Assembly (NCBI GenBank): GCA_030040595.1
Contig: JASHTL010000029.1
Span: forward strand, 1-40,907
Length of the DNA: 40,907 nt
Reading direction: 5' to 3'
From: Candidatus Micrarchaeota archaeon
GTDB lineage: Archaea; Micrarchaeota; Micrarchaeia; Micrarchaeales; CABMGC01
The translations under genes were made by a program, and so were the position numbers. The notes under the pieces were generated by a model. That model worked only from the letters and a program-made list of their open reading frames with translations. It was not told the DNA's origin and did no database searches. How positions within the stretch are numbered: the first letter of the stretch is position 1; every line of letters begins with the position of its first letter. This document shows, one piece after another, positions 6,601 to 15,204 of the stretch.

Positions 6601-8085
6601 ATGGGCAAATTTTACATTACAACAGCAATACCATATGTCAATGCGCTCCCCCACATGGGGCACATGCTGGAATTCGTCCAGGGCGACGTCATAGCCAGGT
6701 ACAACAGGCTCAAGGGCGATGACGTGCTTCTGCTTACCGGAGCCGATGAGAACAGCCTGACAAACGTGAAGGCTGCGGATGAACAGAAGATAAAGCCTCA
6801 GGAACTTGTGGACAAGAATTCCGTAAAGTTCATAGAGTACGGAAAGAGAATGGAGATCTCTTTCGACGTCTTTGCAAGGTCGTCGGCATCGCACAGCAAG
6901 GAACACTGGCCCGGAGTACAGGAACTCTGGAAGCTTGCCGACAAGTCCGGTGACATTTACGAGAAGGAGTACAGTGGCCTTTACTGCATACGCTGCGAGT
7001 TGTTCTATACTGAGGAGGAGCTGGACCATGGACTCTGCCCGATACACAAGATAAAGCTGGAGCTGGTCAGCGAGAGGAATTACTTCTTCAGGCTCTCCAA
7101 ATACCAGGAGAGGATAAAGAGGCTGATAGAATCAGGTGAATTGAGGATAGTGCCTGAGACGAGGAAGAACGAAGTACTTGGGGTCATAAACGAGGGCCTG
7201 AAAGATTTCAGCGTATCGAGATCCATCACAAGGGCGAGAGGCTGGGGGGTTCCCGTGCCAGGCAGCAAGGATCAGATAATTTACGTCTGGTTTGACGCCC
7301 TTTCCATATACATAACCGGAATAGGATATGGAACGGATCCGGCAAAGTTCAAGAAATGGTGGCCTGCTGATGTGCATGTCATAGGCAAGGATATCATTAG
7401 GTTCCATGCGCTCTACTGGCCAGCGATGCTGATGTCTGCGGGACTAGAACTGCCACGCACGATCTTCGTGCACGGATTCGTCAACCTTGCGAAGCAGAAG
7501 ATGTCGAAGACAAGAGGCAACGTAGTGGATCCGGTAAAGCTATTGGAGAAGTACACTCCTGATGAGCTTAAGTACTACCTGATAAGCGACATACCCACAT
7601 TCGATGATGGCGAATTCTCCGAAGAAGCGTTGGCTGATAGGATAAACAAGGAACTCCTGGGAGACCTTGGAAACCTGGTCAACAGGGTGCTGACATTGGT
7701 AGAGAAAACCGGGAAGAACTCTTTCAGCGGCAAGAAAGAACTGCAGGAGAAGTTGAAATTGGATCTTATCACGCAGCACTTGGATGCGTTGGAGCTGCAG
7801 AAGGCGCTAAATGAGGTTATGGCTTTCGTGAGGGAATGCAACAAGTACATCAATGACAAGAAACCGTGGACGCTCAAAGGGGAAGATCTTGATTCGGTGC
7901 TCTACAACCTTCTTGAGTCGATAAGGATAATAGCGATACTTGCCTCACCGTTCCTTCCGGTAACTTCGCAGAGGATAAACGAGCAGTTGGGAACAAGACC
8001 CGGAGTATTGAAAGACTGCAAGTTCAGAGACGATTTCAAGGGCAGGATCAAGAAAGGCGAGCATCTCTTCAAGAAAATCGAATAG
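6601..8085 (+). CDS. metG: methionyl-tRNA synthetase (short form, no C-terminal tRNA-binding appendix)
   Basis: FYITTAIPYVNALPHMGH (HIGH-type motif), KMSKT (KMSKS motif), and a CIRC...CPIH knuckle. It is divergent from mcm. Confidence 0.95.
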   Translation: MGKFYITTAIPYVNALPHMGHMLEFVQGDVIARYNRLKGDDVLLLTGADENSLTNVKAADEQKIKPQELVDKNSVKFIEYGKRMEISFDVFARSSASHSKEHWPGVQELWKLADKSGDIYEKEYSGLYCIRCELFYTEEELDHGLCPIHKIKLELVSERNYFFRLSKYQERIKRLIESGELRIVPETRKNEVLGVINEGLKDFSVSRSITRARGWGVPVPGSKDQIIYVWFDALSIYITGIGYGTDPAKFKKWWPADVHVIGKDIIRFHALYWPAMLMSAGLELPRTIFVHGFVNLAKQKMSKTRGNVVDPVKLLEKYTPDELKYYLISDIPTFDDGEFSEEALADRINKELLGDLGNLVNRVLTLVEKTGKNSFSGKKELQEKLKLDLITQHLDALELQKALNEVMAFVRECNKYINDKKPWTLKGEDLDSVLYNLLESIRIIAILASPFLPVTSQRINEQLGTRPGVLKDCKFRDDFKGRIKKGEHLFKKIE

Positions 8086-8098
8086 GCGGCTCCCACTC

Positions 8099-8533
8099 TC
8101 ACTCTGGCGTATTCTCTTCGGTATCGTCGGTTACCCCGAATCCCGTGCTCTTTCCGAAGACCGTTGTGTGCGTAGAAGGCACTGCGTCCTTCCTCCTGAT
8201 CTCGGCAAAGATGAGCACCCTTGGTTCGGTGCTTGCCTGGATCTCGCCCCTTCCAGAGGCAGTGAACCCGGTATCGGCGAATGTAACCCTTATGTTAGTG
8301 CGGTGCGTTGACCCGAGTCCATGGACTCCTGTTGATTCTGGTTCCTTTGCGCTCTTCTTGAGTATTCTTGCAGATATTTCCTCAGGCTCCAGGAATGCCG
8401 TGCCGCCGCCGCTGGTGCTATCATCAGAGCTTGTTGTGGCGCCGTTCGTGGTGGTAGTGGAAGGAGTGCCTCTGAAGACGGCAAGGAGGGCATCGATCCT
8501 GCTTCTGCCTCCCTCCGTACGCTCGGCCTGCAT
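8099..8533 (-). CDS. hypothetical protein with Thr/Ser/Gly-rich N-terminal segment
   Basis: The minus-strand frame reads protein-like, whereas the overlapping plus-strand ORF 8145-8549 is Ser/Leu/Pro/Val-rich shadow. No motif recognised. Confidence 0.35.
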   Translation of the reverse strand: MQAERTEGGRSRIDALLAVFRGTPSTTTTNGATTSSDDSTSGGGTAFLEPEEISARILKKSAKEPESTGVHGLGSTHRTNIRVTFADTGFTASGRGEIQASTEPRVLIFAEIRRKDAVPSTHTTVFGKSTGFGVTDDTEENTPE

Positions 8534-8655
8534 ATCCTCCCCTCCATGATATTATTGCCGCTTTCTCGTATTTAAGCGTTTTTTGTTCCGCATTCTTGCA
8601 GGAAATAATTAAAAAGGAGAAGCCGCCTATTATAGGTTATAACTCGTTTCTCTTC

Positions 8656-9669
8656 CTAGCTTGCGCGCCTGAGATCCTGGTAGAGCGACCTCTGATCGGA
8701 TTGCATTGCAAGATGTTTGAAGCGCCGCACCAGCTTGTTCACCCCGGCAGTGTAATTGTGCGGGGAGGCAGCCTCAGTTACCGAAACGTTCCAGTAGTTG
8801 TTGACGTATTTCGCAGTGCCATTTGCCTGCCCACCTGATACCATCACCACATATAGGCCATAATCCTTTCTTATTGCTTTTACTTTGCCAAGATAATCGT
8901 CCATCTTGATCTCCGCGCCCCTGAACGCGCTTTTTATTGCGCCGGCAATTTCCGTATTCAGTTTTACTGTTGTAGGATCCTCGCTCAGGAGCTTCTTCAT
9001 CTCAGTGGTTATCTCGACTGCCTTCTCAGCGGAAAGGCCCATGGCCCCATGTGGGGTCAGCATTCGCACCGCATGCTTGGCTATATGCAAGTTGCTTATG
9101 CCGCCGCGCATGTTCCATTGGAGCGCGTCTGTGGCTAGCATTCTTTCGAGCATCTCCCTTATCTGGTCCTTGGTCCAGCCAAGCTCGGTTTTCTGCACAT
9201 AGCTCTCGGCCCTTCTGTCAAGGTATTCGTTTTGCGCGTCAGTAAACCGAATGGTTTCTTGTACTGGCTGGCGCAATTGGTATGCATTGTGCACGGCCTC
9301 TATAGAAGCTGCCATCTGTTTCACTATGCCGTGCCTTGATGCGAAGCCGTGCGCCTCTACAACGGCAAGCCTGCCATTGATCGTGAGCCTTAGTGTGAAA
9401 TCCGGCTTCCAGGTATGTATGCCGTCGCCTGCATCCAGCTTATGCAACTCATGATACGCCCTTATACCGGTTGCAAGCAACGCCGTCTTGCACGCCTCTT
9501 CCGCAGAGCTCCAGACCGTGGTATCGCGCATGAGCGGTTCTAGCTTAGCCTTCACAGGCATTCCCAGCGTGCTTCTGATGAACCTGTCGGTGACAGGCGC
9601 ATTTGCGTCAGGCAAGATCAGCCCGCTAGGCAGTACCCTTCCCCTCACTGGTTGCATAGGATATAACAT
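8656..9669 (-). CDS. hypothetical protein; N-terminal region resembles a PD-(D/E)xK-type nuclease fold
   Basis: SSAEEACKTALLATGIRAYHEL ... IHTWKPDFTLRLTINGRLAVVEAHG recalls the E...PDF...E-x-K layout of Hjc/Vsr-like nucleases, here with E-A-H. The rest is helical and unrecognised. Confidence 0.5.
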   Translation of the reverse strand: MLYPMQPVRGRVLPSGLILPDANAPVTDRFIRSTLGMPVKAKLEPLMRDTTVWSSAEEACKTALLATGIRAYHELHKLDAGDGIHTWKPDFTLRLTINGRLAVVEAHGFASRHGIVKQMAASIEAVHNAYQLRQPVQETIRFTDAQNEYLDRRAESYVQKTELGWTKDQIREMLERMLATDALQWNMRGGISNLHIAKHAVRMLTPHGAMGLSAEKAVEITTEMKKLLSEDPTTVKLNTEIAGAIKSAFRGAEIKMDDYLGKVKAIRKDYGLYVVMVSGGQANGTAKYVNNYWNVSVTEAASPHNYTAGVNKLVRRFKHLAMQSDQRSLYQDLRRAS

Positions 9670-9727
9670 GTTACGGGTATTTTAAACCGTAGCACGCCTT
9701 ACTTAGGTCCTAGGGAAAGGTTTTCGC

Positions 9728-10288
9728 ATGTCCTCACGCGATGTTTACATCGAATTGCTGATGATATTCGTGGTCTCATTCATTATACTCCTCTTCCTGA
9801 AAAGCATAGGCGAACAATTGATCTTCATGCTGATAGCCTTCGTGCTCAGCACCATCATGGGCGACCTCTTTGCCATGGGCATAAAGGGCGCGGCCAAACA
9901 CCCGCTGATAAGCCGTGGAAGGACCTTCGGAGTTGCAATGGAGAAGATCCATGAGAAGAAATACGTCTTCCTGATCTTTTTCGCCTTCATAATAGGGTCC
10001 ACCGTGCTGGGCACGGTCCTCTCTACGGACATAGTGAACAACGTGCTCTATCCTTCCGTTGGCAGCGTGCAGGGCGCACTCATAGTCAGCGCGATGATAA
10101 CCCTTGTGCTCTATATCACCATGCTCTGGATGTTCAACGAGCCGGTGCTGAACAGCACAACCCTGGGGCTCGTGGCGATCCTTGTGGTGCTCTCCTTGCT
10201 CTTCATTTTCTTCTCAGGATACGCAGACACGGCAATAAACTACGTGGTTGGCGCATTCAGTCTCCTGCGGCACTACGCCACGGTCTAG
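9728..10288 (+). CDS. hypothetical polytopic membrane protein
   Basis: Five or six hydrophobic segments. First gene of a same-strand run spanning 9728-12448. Confidence 0.5.
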   Translation: MSSRDVYIELLMIFVVSFIILLFLKSIGEQLIFMLIAFVLSTIMGDLFAMGIKGAAKHPLISRGRTFGVAMEKIHEKKYVFLIFFAFIIGSTVLGTVLSTDIVNNVLYPSVGSVQGALIVSAMITLVLYITMLWMFNEPVLNSTTLGLVAILVVLSLLFIFFSGYADTAINYVVGAFSLLRHYATV

Positions 10289-10331
10289 GCCGTATTTTAT
10301 ATACTTTCACTGTGAAGTTCATTGCGATAAC

Positions 10332-11384
10332 ATGGCAGTTAGGAGGCCCGTTAGGAGGAGCAGGCCGCAGGCGATGCCAATCACTGGAAACAGGCACATC
10401 GCGGCGCTTTCTGTAGTTGCGATAGTGATGAGCATATTCGCAATGGTAATCTCGCTTTTCGCGCTGGGAACGTCGCTGGCGGCCAGGACCGCAGGCCAGG
10501 GTTCTGGTTCAGGCAGCTCCTCTTCTTCAGGATCTTTCGGCTCAACCACTGCAGGGATAGACACGCCCCTGAATGCTTCCGAACTTGCGGTGATAAACAA
10601 CGCCAACGACTCGTATTTCGAGACGGCCGGGCTAATGCTCCTTAACGGCACGCTTGCAAACGGCGTCTATTACACGATCAACAACGTTACCCCTTACGTG
10701 TATAATGGAAAGGTCTCCGTGCTCTACCTTGGCTCCATAACCTGCATATACTGCGGGGAGAACAGGTGGGCAATGGCCCTGGCGCTTGGCAGGTTCGGAA
10801 CCTTCTCGCAGCTCTACAACGGGTACAGCTCCTTCAGTGATTATGACGTGCCGACCCTCTACTGGACGCAGAACAACTATACGACCTCTGACACAAACAA
10901 CTACAACAGTAACGGCGTGGACATAGGCAATTCCTACTACAGCAGCTACATAAACTTCATATCGATCGATGGAAACGGGGATATAACGCAGGGCTTCTTC
11001 ATACAGCCCCTGAATATAATAGGCGAAGAGGTCAACAGCACAGGGAACCCGGAGTACATAGGCGCATATGACTATCTCATGGCGCTGCAGGGCAGCAATG
11101 CCACAGCATTCAAGGGCACTCCGTACACAGTCTGGGGCGGCAGCGTGGTGACAGGAGCGGATGCGGTAGTGTTCGGAAATTCGACTCCCACTGGCGACGT
11201 GCTGCCATTGACCTACGAGACGCATGCGCAGGTGCTGGCGCAGTTCAAGAACCCTTCGGACCAGTTCGCATGGTCCGAGTATGCTGCCGCTGACGTGTAC
11301 ATAACCCATGTCTGCGCAGCCATAAACAACACGGCGCAGATATGCTCCCTCAGCGCGATACGCGAGCTGGAAGCACTAAAGTAG
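10332..11384 (+). CDS. membrane-anchored exported thioredoxin-like protein (DUF929-like, CxxC)
   Basis: The N-terminus is a basic stretch plus one TM (AALSVVAIVMSIFAMVISLFAL), followed by a Ser/Gly linker. LGSITCIYCGENRWAMALALGRFGTFS resembles the CPxCAAERWA...FG core I recall for DUF929. There are many N-x-S/T sequons. Start trimmed to ATG 10332. Confidence 0.55.
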   Translation: MAVRRPVRRSRPQAMPITGNRHIAALSVVAIVMSIFAMVISLFALGTSLAARTAGQGSGSGSSSSSGSFGSTTAGIDTPLNASELAVINNANDSYFETAGLMLLNGTLANGVYYTINNVTPYVYNGKVSVLYLGSITCIYCGENRWAMALALGRFGTFSQLYNGYSSFSDYDVPTLYWTQNNYTTSDTNNYNSNGVDIGNSYYSSYINFISIDGNGDITQGFFIQPLNIIGEEVNSTGNPEYIGAYDYLMALQGSNATAFKGTPYTVWGGSVVTGADAVVFGNSTPTGDVLPLTYETHAQVLAQFKNPSDQFAWSEYAAADVYITHVCAAINNTAQICSLSAIRELEALK

Positions 11385-11393
11385 CGTGACTCG

Positions 11394-11933
11394 ATGCAGG
11401 CAAGGAGGATCTCCAGGATTTCCGTGTTATGGGCATTGGCAAAGTCGCCGGCATACCTGGCCATAATGGTCGCAGGTTCGCTGATCTACTTCCTGATATT
11501 CTACAACCTTATAATTGCGAGCAATTACGGCATATTCCTTGTGACGGTGCCGATATACCTTGTCTACGCAATGATTGCAACTGCGGGAATACTTCTCTCC
11601 CTGGGAGCGTTCTCGATAAGCACGGCCCTGCTCAGCAGGGCATCAGGACTGGGCGGGGGCGCGTTCAGCGCGATACTGCCTACTGTCGGCGGGCTTGTTG
11701 CCACGTGCGCATGCAGCTACTCCATCCTTGCCTCGCTGCTCGCGTTTGCAGGCATAAACGCATTCGAGGTTTCCGGCATAGTATCCGGAATAGCACTCTA
11801 CCAGCTCTGGATCATGTCTGCAATAGTGGCGCTCAACCTGATCATGATATTCTACTACTCCGGCCTGGTTGCTGATGCGGAATGCAAGCTTGATCCTTAC
11901 AGGCGCAGGGCGCTTGCTGGTGGTAATGCATGA
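11394..11933 (+). CDS. hypothetical polytopic membrane protein with CxC motif
   Basis: Four or five TM segments. It has VATCACSYS within a TM/loop and a further Cys near the C-terminus (AECK). It lies 10 nt after the DUF929-like gene, and its stop overlaps the next gene's start (ATGA). Confidence 0.5.
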   Translation: MQARRISRISVLWALAKSPAYLAIMVAGSLIYFLIFYNLIIASNYGIFLVTVPIYLVYAMIATAGILLSLGAFSISTALLSRASGLGGGAFSAILPTVGGLVATCACSYSILASLLAFAGINAFEVSGIVSGIALYQLWIMSAIVALNLIMIFYYSGLVADAECKLDPYRRRALAGGNA

Positions 11934-12448
11934 ACACGCTTGTATTCAGGAAGGAGTTAGTGCTCCCCAAGAAGCTTAGGGAGGAACTGCGCAAGGTGCA
12001 CGGAAGATTGGTGCAGGAAAACGACCTTCTGGAGATGACAAGGGGGGCAGAACGGATCTATGCTGTTGGAGACATGACTGTGGAAACGCTGCTGAAGATA
12101 GGTGTAAAGCCGGATGTCTCTATATTCGACTACAAGGTTGGCAGGGAGGTCTCCAGAAGCAGGAGCATAGCCAGGGCTTTCCTCAGGCCTATTACGGCAA
12201 GGAACAGGAGCGGCACGATCAGCAGGGAGCTCTGGCTGGCAATAAGGCATGCAGTAGATGAAGATAAGCCCACGGGAATACGCGTCTATGGCGAGGAGGA
12301 CATGGCTGCTGTTGCATGCGCGTACCTTGCACACGATGGCTCCTTACTCCTTTACGGCCTTCCAGGCAGAGGGATAAACATAGTCAGGATAACGCCGAAC
12401 GTAAGAAGACATGCGCTGGGCATACTAAAGCGCATGAACGGAGCGTGA
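11930..12448 (+). CDS. GTP-dependent dephospho-CoA kinase (archaeal DUF359 family)
   Basis: YAVGDMTVETLLKIGVKPDVSIFDYKVGRE ... GEEDMAAV ... LLLYGLPGRGI matches the conserved VGD...PD..I.D.K..R / GEED / YGQP.G pattern of DUF359. Confidence 0.7.
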   Translation: MNTLVFRKELVLPKKLREELRKVHGRLVQENDLLEMTRGAERIYAVGDMTVETLLKIGVKPDVSIFDYKVGREVSRSRSIARAFLRPITARNRSGTISRELWLAIRHAVDEDKPTGIRVYGEEDMAAVACAYLAHDGSLLLYGLPGRGINIVRITPNVRRHALGILKRMNGA

Positions 12449-12477
12449 CTGTTTCTTGCCCAGGGTCGGCATCCTCT

Positions 12478-13506
12478 CTAACTCTTCCTGCTTGACTCTA
12501 TGAGCATGGTCATAAGGTCCTCTGCCATTTTTGGGCTTCCGGCAACGAAGCCGGTGCTCCTCACCCCGGGCAGCATGTTATCCAGCCCGAGTTTCTCAAG
12601 TCTTACAACCTTCCCGCTCTCGTCAGATACGAAAGGTATCACTACGCCTCCTGCGCCTTCGATAATGGCGACTCCTCCGATCCAGTGCTCAGGGGATATA
12701 GGCGCGTGGACAAGGCCATGCGCCCATCCGGTAGCAACACGACCCATGGATCCGCCGCAGGATTCAAGAGTATATGACGTTCTGAACCTGGGAGAGATGT
12801 CCCCAGCTGCCTTGTAAAGCGCGGGATACTTGTCCGGGAGCATGACGTCGGGATTGAATATGACAACAGCATCCTTGAGCTTTGGCACATGAACCACCCT
12901 CGACTGCACCTCATGGCCGCCAAACCTCACGTGCATATCGCCTATGCTCAGATAATGACCGCCAATAACCGCCTTGGTTCCGTCATATCTCGAGCCGTAA
13001 TACAGGATGCCTCCCTTATAGCCATCATAGACAGCGCCTCCGTATACGTATAGGCCGTTCTCGTCTAGTCTTGCGTTTCCCGCCGTGACTGCGTAAGAGC
13101 CACCTATAAACCTTCCCTTTAAGTCTACCAGGCCAGTGGCATGCGGACTAGTGCCGCAGAGGGGGTCAGTAACAAACACGCCATCTTTGCTCCGCAGGGC
13201 TTCCCTGAGCTCCTCGAGGTCGTCGACTTTAAGGATCCTTGCGCTTGATGCGCCAGTCCTTTCCTCGGTTATTATCGGCCTTTTTGGGATATGCCTTAGG
13301 AGATATCCAAGCATTGCATCCTGAGAGACGTAATCTGACGGCGTAACGATGGAGTGGTGGCCCATTGTGTCATCAGGCTTCACCTCTGAACCCAAGGCTG
13401 CGGCTCCCCTCATATCCGATTTTTCAATTGCGGCATGGCCCTTGAGAACGGCATTCATGCTGTAGTGAACGTCAGGGTTACGGTGCCTTGCTAAACGTAC
13501 CTCCAT
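12478..13506 (-). CDS. divergent inositol-monophosphatase/FBPase-superfamily protein
   Basis: PSDYVSQDAML...PIITEE (D...EE metal motif), VFVTDPLCGTSPH (DPxDGT with the second Asp replaced by Cys), and HWIGGVAIIEGAGGVV (WD..A....eAGG-like). Confidence 0.5.
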   Translation of the reverse strand: MEVRLARHRNPDVHYSMNAVLKGHAAIEKSDMRGAAALGSEVKPDDTMGHHSIVTPSDYVSQDAMLGYLLRHIPKRPIITEERTGASSARILKVDDLEELREALRSKDGVFVTDPLCGTSPHATGLVDLKGRFIGGSYAVTAGNARLDENGLYVYGGAVYDGYKGGILYYGSRYDGTKAVIGGHYLSIGDMHVRFGGHEVQSRVVHVPKLKDAVVIFNPDVMLPDKYPALYKAAGDISPRFRTSYTLESCGGSMGRVATGWAHGLVHAPISPEHWIGGVAIIEGAGGVVIPFVSDESGKVVRLEKLGLDNMLPGVRSTGFVAGSPKMAEDLMTMLIESSRKS

Positions 13507-13588
13507 GTAAACAGTAAAATTGCGTTTTCCACCTATTTAAACAATTGTTCCGTAGCCGACATGGCGCGCAATATGCTTGCCTGACTCC

Positions 13589-14485
13589 TCATTTCTTGCT
13601 CCTCATCAGTATCTTCTCTATCTGCAGGAGAAGGTCGAGCAGGAGACCGCCGAGTATGGAGAGGAATCCGAGCACTATAAGCATGAATGAGATGAGCGCG
13701 CGGCCTATCTCGGTCAGCGTGCCCGTGTGTACGTACGCGGCAAGCACGAGGGCGCCAAGTATCAGGCCGAGGACTATGAATACGACGCCAAGTATCCCGA
13801 ATATCAGCAGCGGGTTGTAGTCCCTTGCGAACCTTATGATGTTCCTGGCGATGTTCATCCCGTATATAGGCTTTGCCCTTGCGATCTTGGACATTGATCC
13901 TATCCTAGGGCGGTAGCTTATTGGTATGTCCATCATATTAAAGCCTCTCCTCGCAAGCTCGACCATGAAGAAGAGGGTGCCTGCCCTGTAGGCTTCCTCG
14001 TCCCTGATCGACTCGAACGCCTTCCTGGTCATTGCGAACGAGCCGCTCAGGCCGTCGTGCATGTCTTTGTGGTAAAGAGAACGGAAGAGCCCTGTAAGGA
14101 ACTTGTTGCCGAACATGACAGAAGGTGTCATCGCACCTTCGTGGAGCGTCCCGAACCTGTTCCCGGAGCAGAAATCAGCCTCTCCCGACCTCACCTTTGC
14201 GACAACCCGCTTGAAGTCCTGCACGTCATACGTGCCGTCTGGATCCATGCTGGAGATTATCGATCCCTTTGCAGCGCGGAATCCCTCCATAAGCGCTGCC
14301 TCGTACCCCCGGGACTTCTGCGTGATGACCCTTGCACCAGTCCTTACCAGCTCGCGGCGGTACGCAGCGTCGCTCTTGTCTATCACTATTATTTCCGCAT
14401 CTCTTCCGAATGCCTTCTGTAGTGCCTTTATGGTCCTGGGAGCGTCCTTCTCGTTAAGGGTGGGGACGACTATGCTTAGGTACAT
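13589..14485 (-). CDS. GT2 glycosyltransferase, dolichyl-phosphate hexose synthase-like (C-terminal TM helices)
   Basis: MYLSIVVPTLNE ... IIVIDKSDD ... SSMDPDG (DxD-like). Two C-terminal TM segments, as in Dpm1/AglD-type enzymes. Confidence 0.8.
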   Translation of the reverse strand: MYLSIVVPTLNEKDAPRTIKALQKAFGRDAEIIVIDKSDAAYRRELVRTGARVITQKSRGYEAALMEGFRAAKGSIISSMDPDGTYDVQDFKRVVAKVRSGEADFCSGNRFGTLHEGAMTPSVMFGNKFLTGLFRSLYHKDMHDGLSGSFAMTRKAFESIRDEEAYRAGTLFFMVELARRGFNMMDIPISYRPRIGSMSKIARAKPIYGMNIARNIIRFARDYNPLLIFGILGVVFIVLGLILGALVLAAYVHTGTLTEIGRALISFMLIVLGFLSILGGLLLDLLLQIEKILMRSKK

Positions 14486-14820
14486 ATGGATACGGAAATT
14501 TGTGGTACGTTAAGGATTATAAAGCCCTTCTGGATCGTCACCTGGAAAAGATGATGCATGTCAGATGCCTTGCTTGTACCAACCTTCGTTTCCTTATGTG
14601 TTCCTACAAAATAGAACCTTACTGACTTGTTTTCCTCGAACACCCTGTAAACTATCCTATACTGACCAACTTGGTCAACAAAATAGGAACTTTTTCTCAA
14701 ATGCCGCTTGGCTGGATATTCCAATATCTTTGATATCTTTCTTGCCACGCGTTCTTTTATTTCAGTGTCCAGCGCAGTAAAGCGGTACGGCCATTCGTCA
14801 TCGTATGTTGCGGTGTACAA
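14476..14820 (-). CDS. RelE/ParE-family toxin (TTG start, unusual C-terminal extension)
   Basis: YRIVYRVFEENKSVRFYFVGTHKE is the typical RelE/ParE C-terminal beta-strand motif. The gene begins 3 nt after the antitoxin stop. The ORF runs about 30 aa past the usual family end and overlaps the GT2 start by 10 nt. Confidence 0.6.
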   Translation of the reverse strand: MYTATYDDEWPYRFTALDTEIKERVARKISKILEYPAKRHLRKSSYFVDQVGQYRIVYRVFEENKSVRFYFVGTHKETKVGTSKASDMHHLFQVTIQKGFIILNVPQISVSICT

Positions 14821-14822
14821 GT

Positions 14823-15065
14823 CTATCCCTTGATGTGTTTTGCATACACACCTAGGGCCTCTTTGGAATTCAGGAGCCGCCTCTTCCCTTCCTTGATCTC
14901 CTTGTCGATTCTGTCAAGCTTTTTTACAACAAGGATGTCCTCTTCGTGATCCTTTTCAAAATTAAGTATGGCAAGTCTTATCGCCTCAGACTTGGTATGC
15001 GCATATCCGTGTTTTATCATGGACTCAAGAACTTCGAGGGTCTTGCCCCTCAGGTTGACATTCAT
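14823..15065 (-). CDS. ribbon-helix-helix (CopG-like) antitoxin
   Basis: MNVNLRGKTLEVLESMIKHGYAHTKSEAIRLAILNF has the RHH beta-alpha-alpha pattern. AGGTGA sits 4 nt upstream of ATG 15065. The longer track ORF (to 15212) is an unsupported N-terminal extension. Confidence 0.6.
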   Translation of the reverse strand: MNVNLRGKTLEVLESMIKHGYAHTKSEAIRLAILNFEKDHEEDILVVKKLDRIDKEIKEGKRRLLNSKEALGVYAKHIKG

Positions 15066-15204
15066 CCTTTCACCTAGAACATTTATCCATGGACAGCCAT
15101 GATTTATATATGTTCCGTTTATGCACATTTTTGGAGCATTTGAACGGAGCTGAAGACTGCGCTCCTTAAACGCGTGAAATGCACATGGGAGGGCGAAGCT
15201 AGTC

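Noticed and set aside
6483-6608. N-terminal extension of mcm (MPIQKPYKPANTCRHDSTIH...), plus similar extensions at 26038-26160 (Gfo/Idh/MocA), 35311-35403 (ALDH), 35314-35430, 15066-15212 and 3621-3692
   Set aside because: The extensions are non-conserved-looking, Cys/His/Phe-rich, and run into divergent promoters or neighbouring genes. Internal ATGs give canonical family N-termini, several with ATGA overlaps or SD motifs.
8145-8549. Plus-strand 134-aa ORF overlapping 8099-8533
   Set aside because: Its Ser/Leu/Pro/Val-rich composition is typical of an antisense shadow. The minus-strand frame is more protein-like, though itself low confidence.
10632-11309. 225-aa minus-strand ORF antisense to the DUF929-like gene; also alternative-frame ORFs 11429-11875, 34013-34753, 26392-27105, 38447-39085 and 37545-37940
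   Set aside because: Each is fully embedded in a gene with recognisable motifs or clear TM periodicity on the other frame or strand. Their compositions (Arg/His/Val or Ser/Pro rich) look non-coding.
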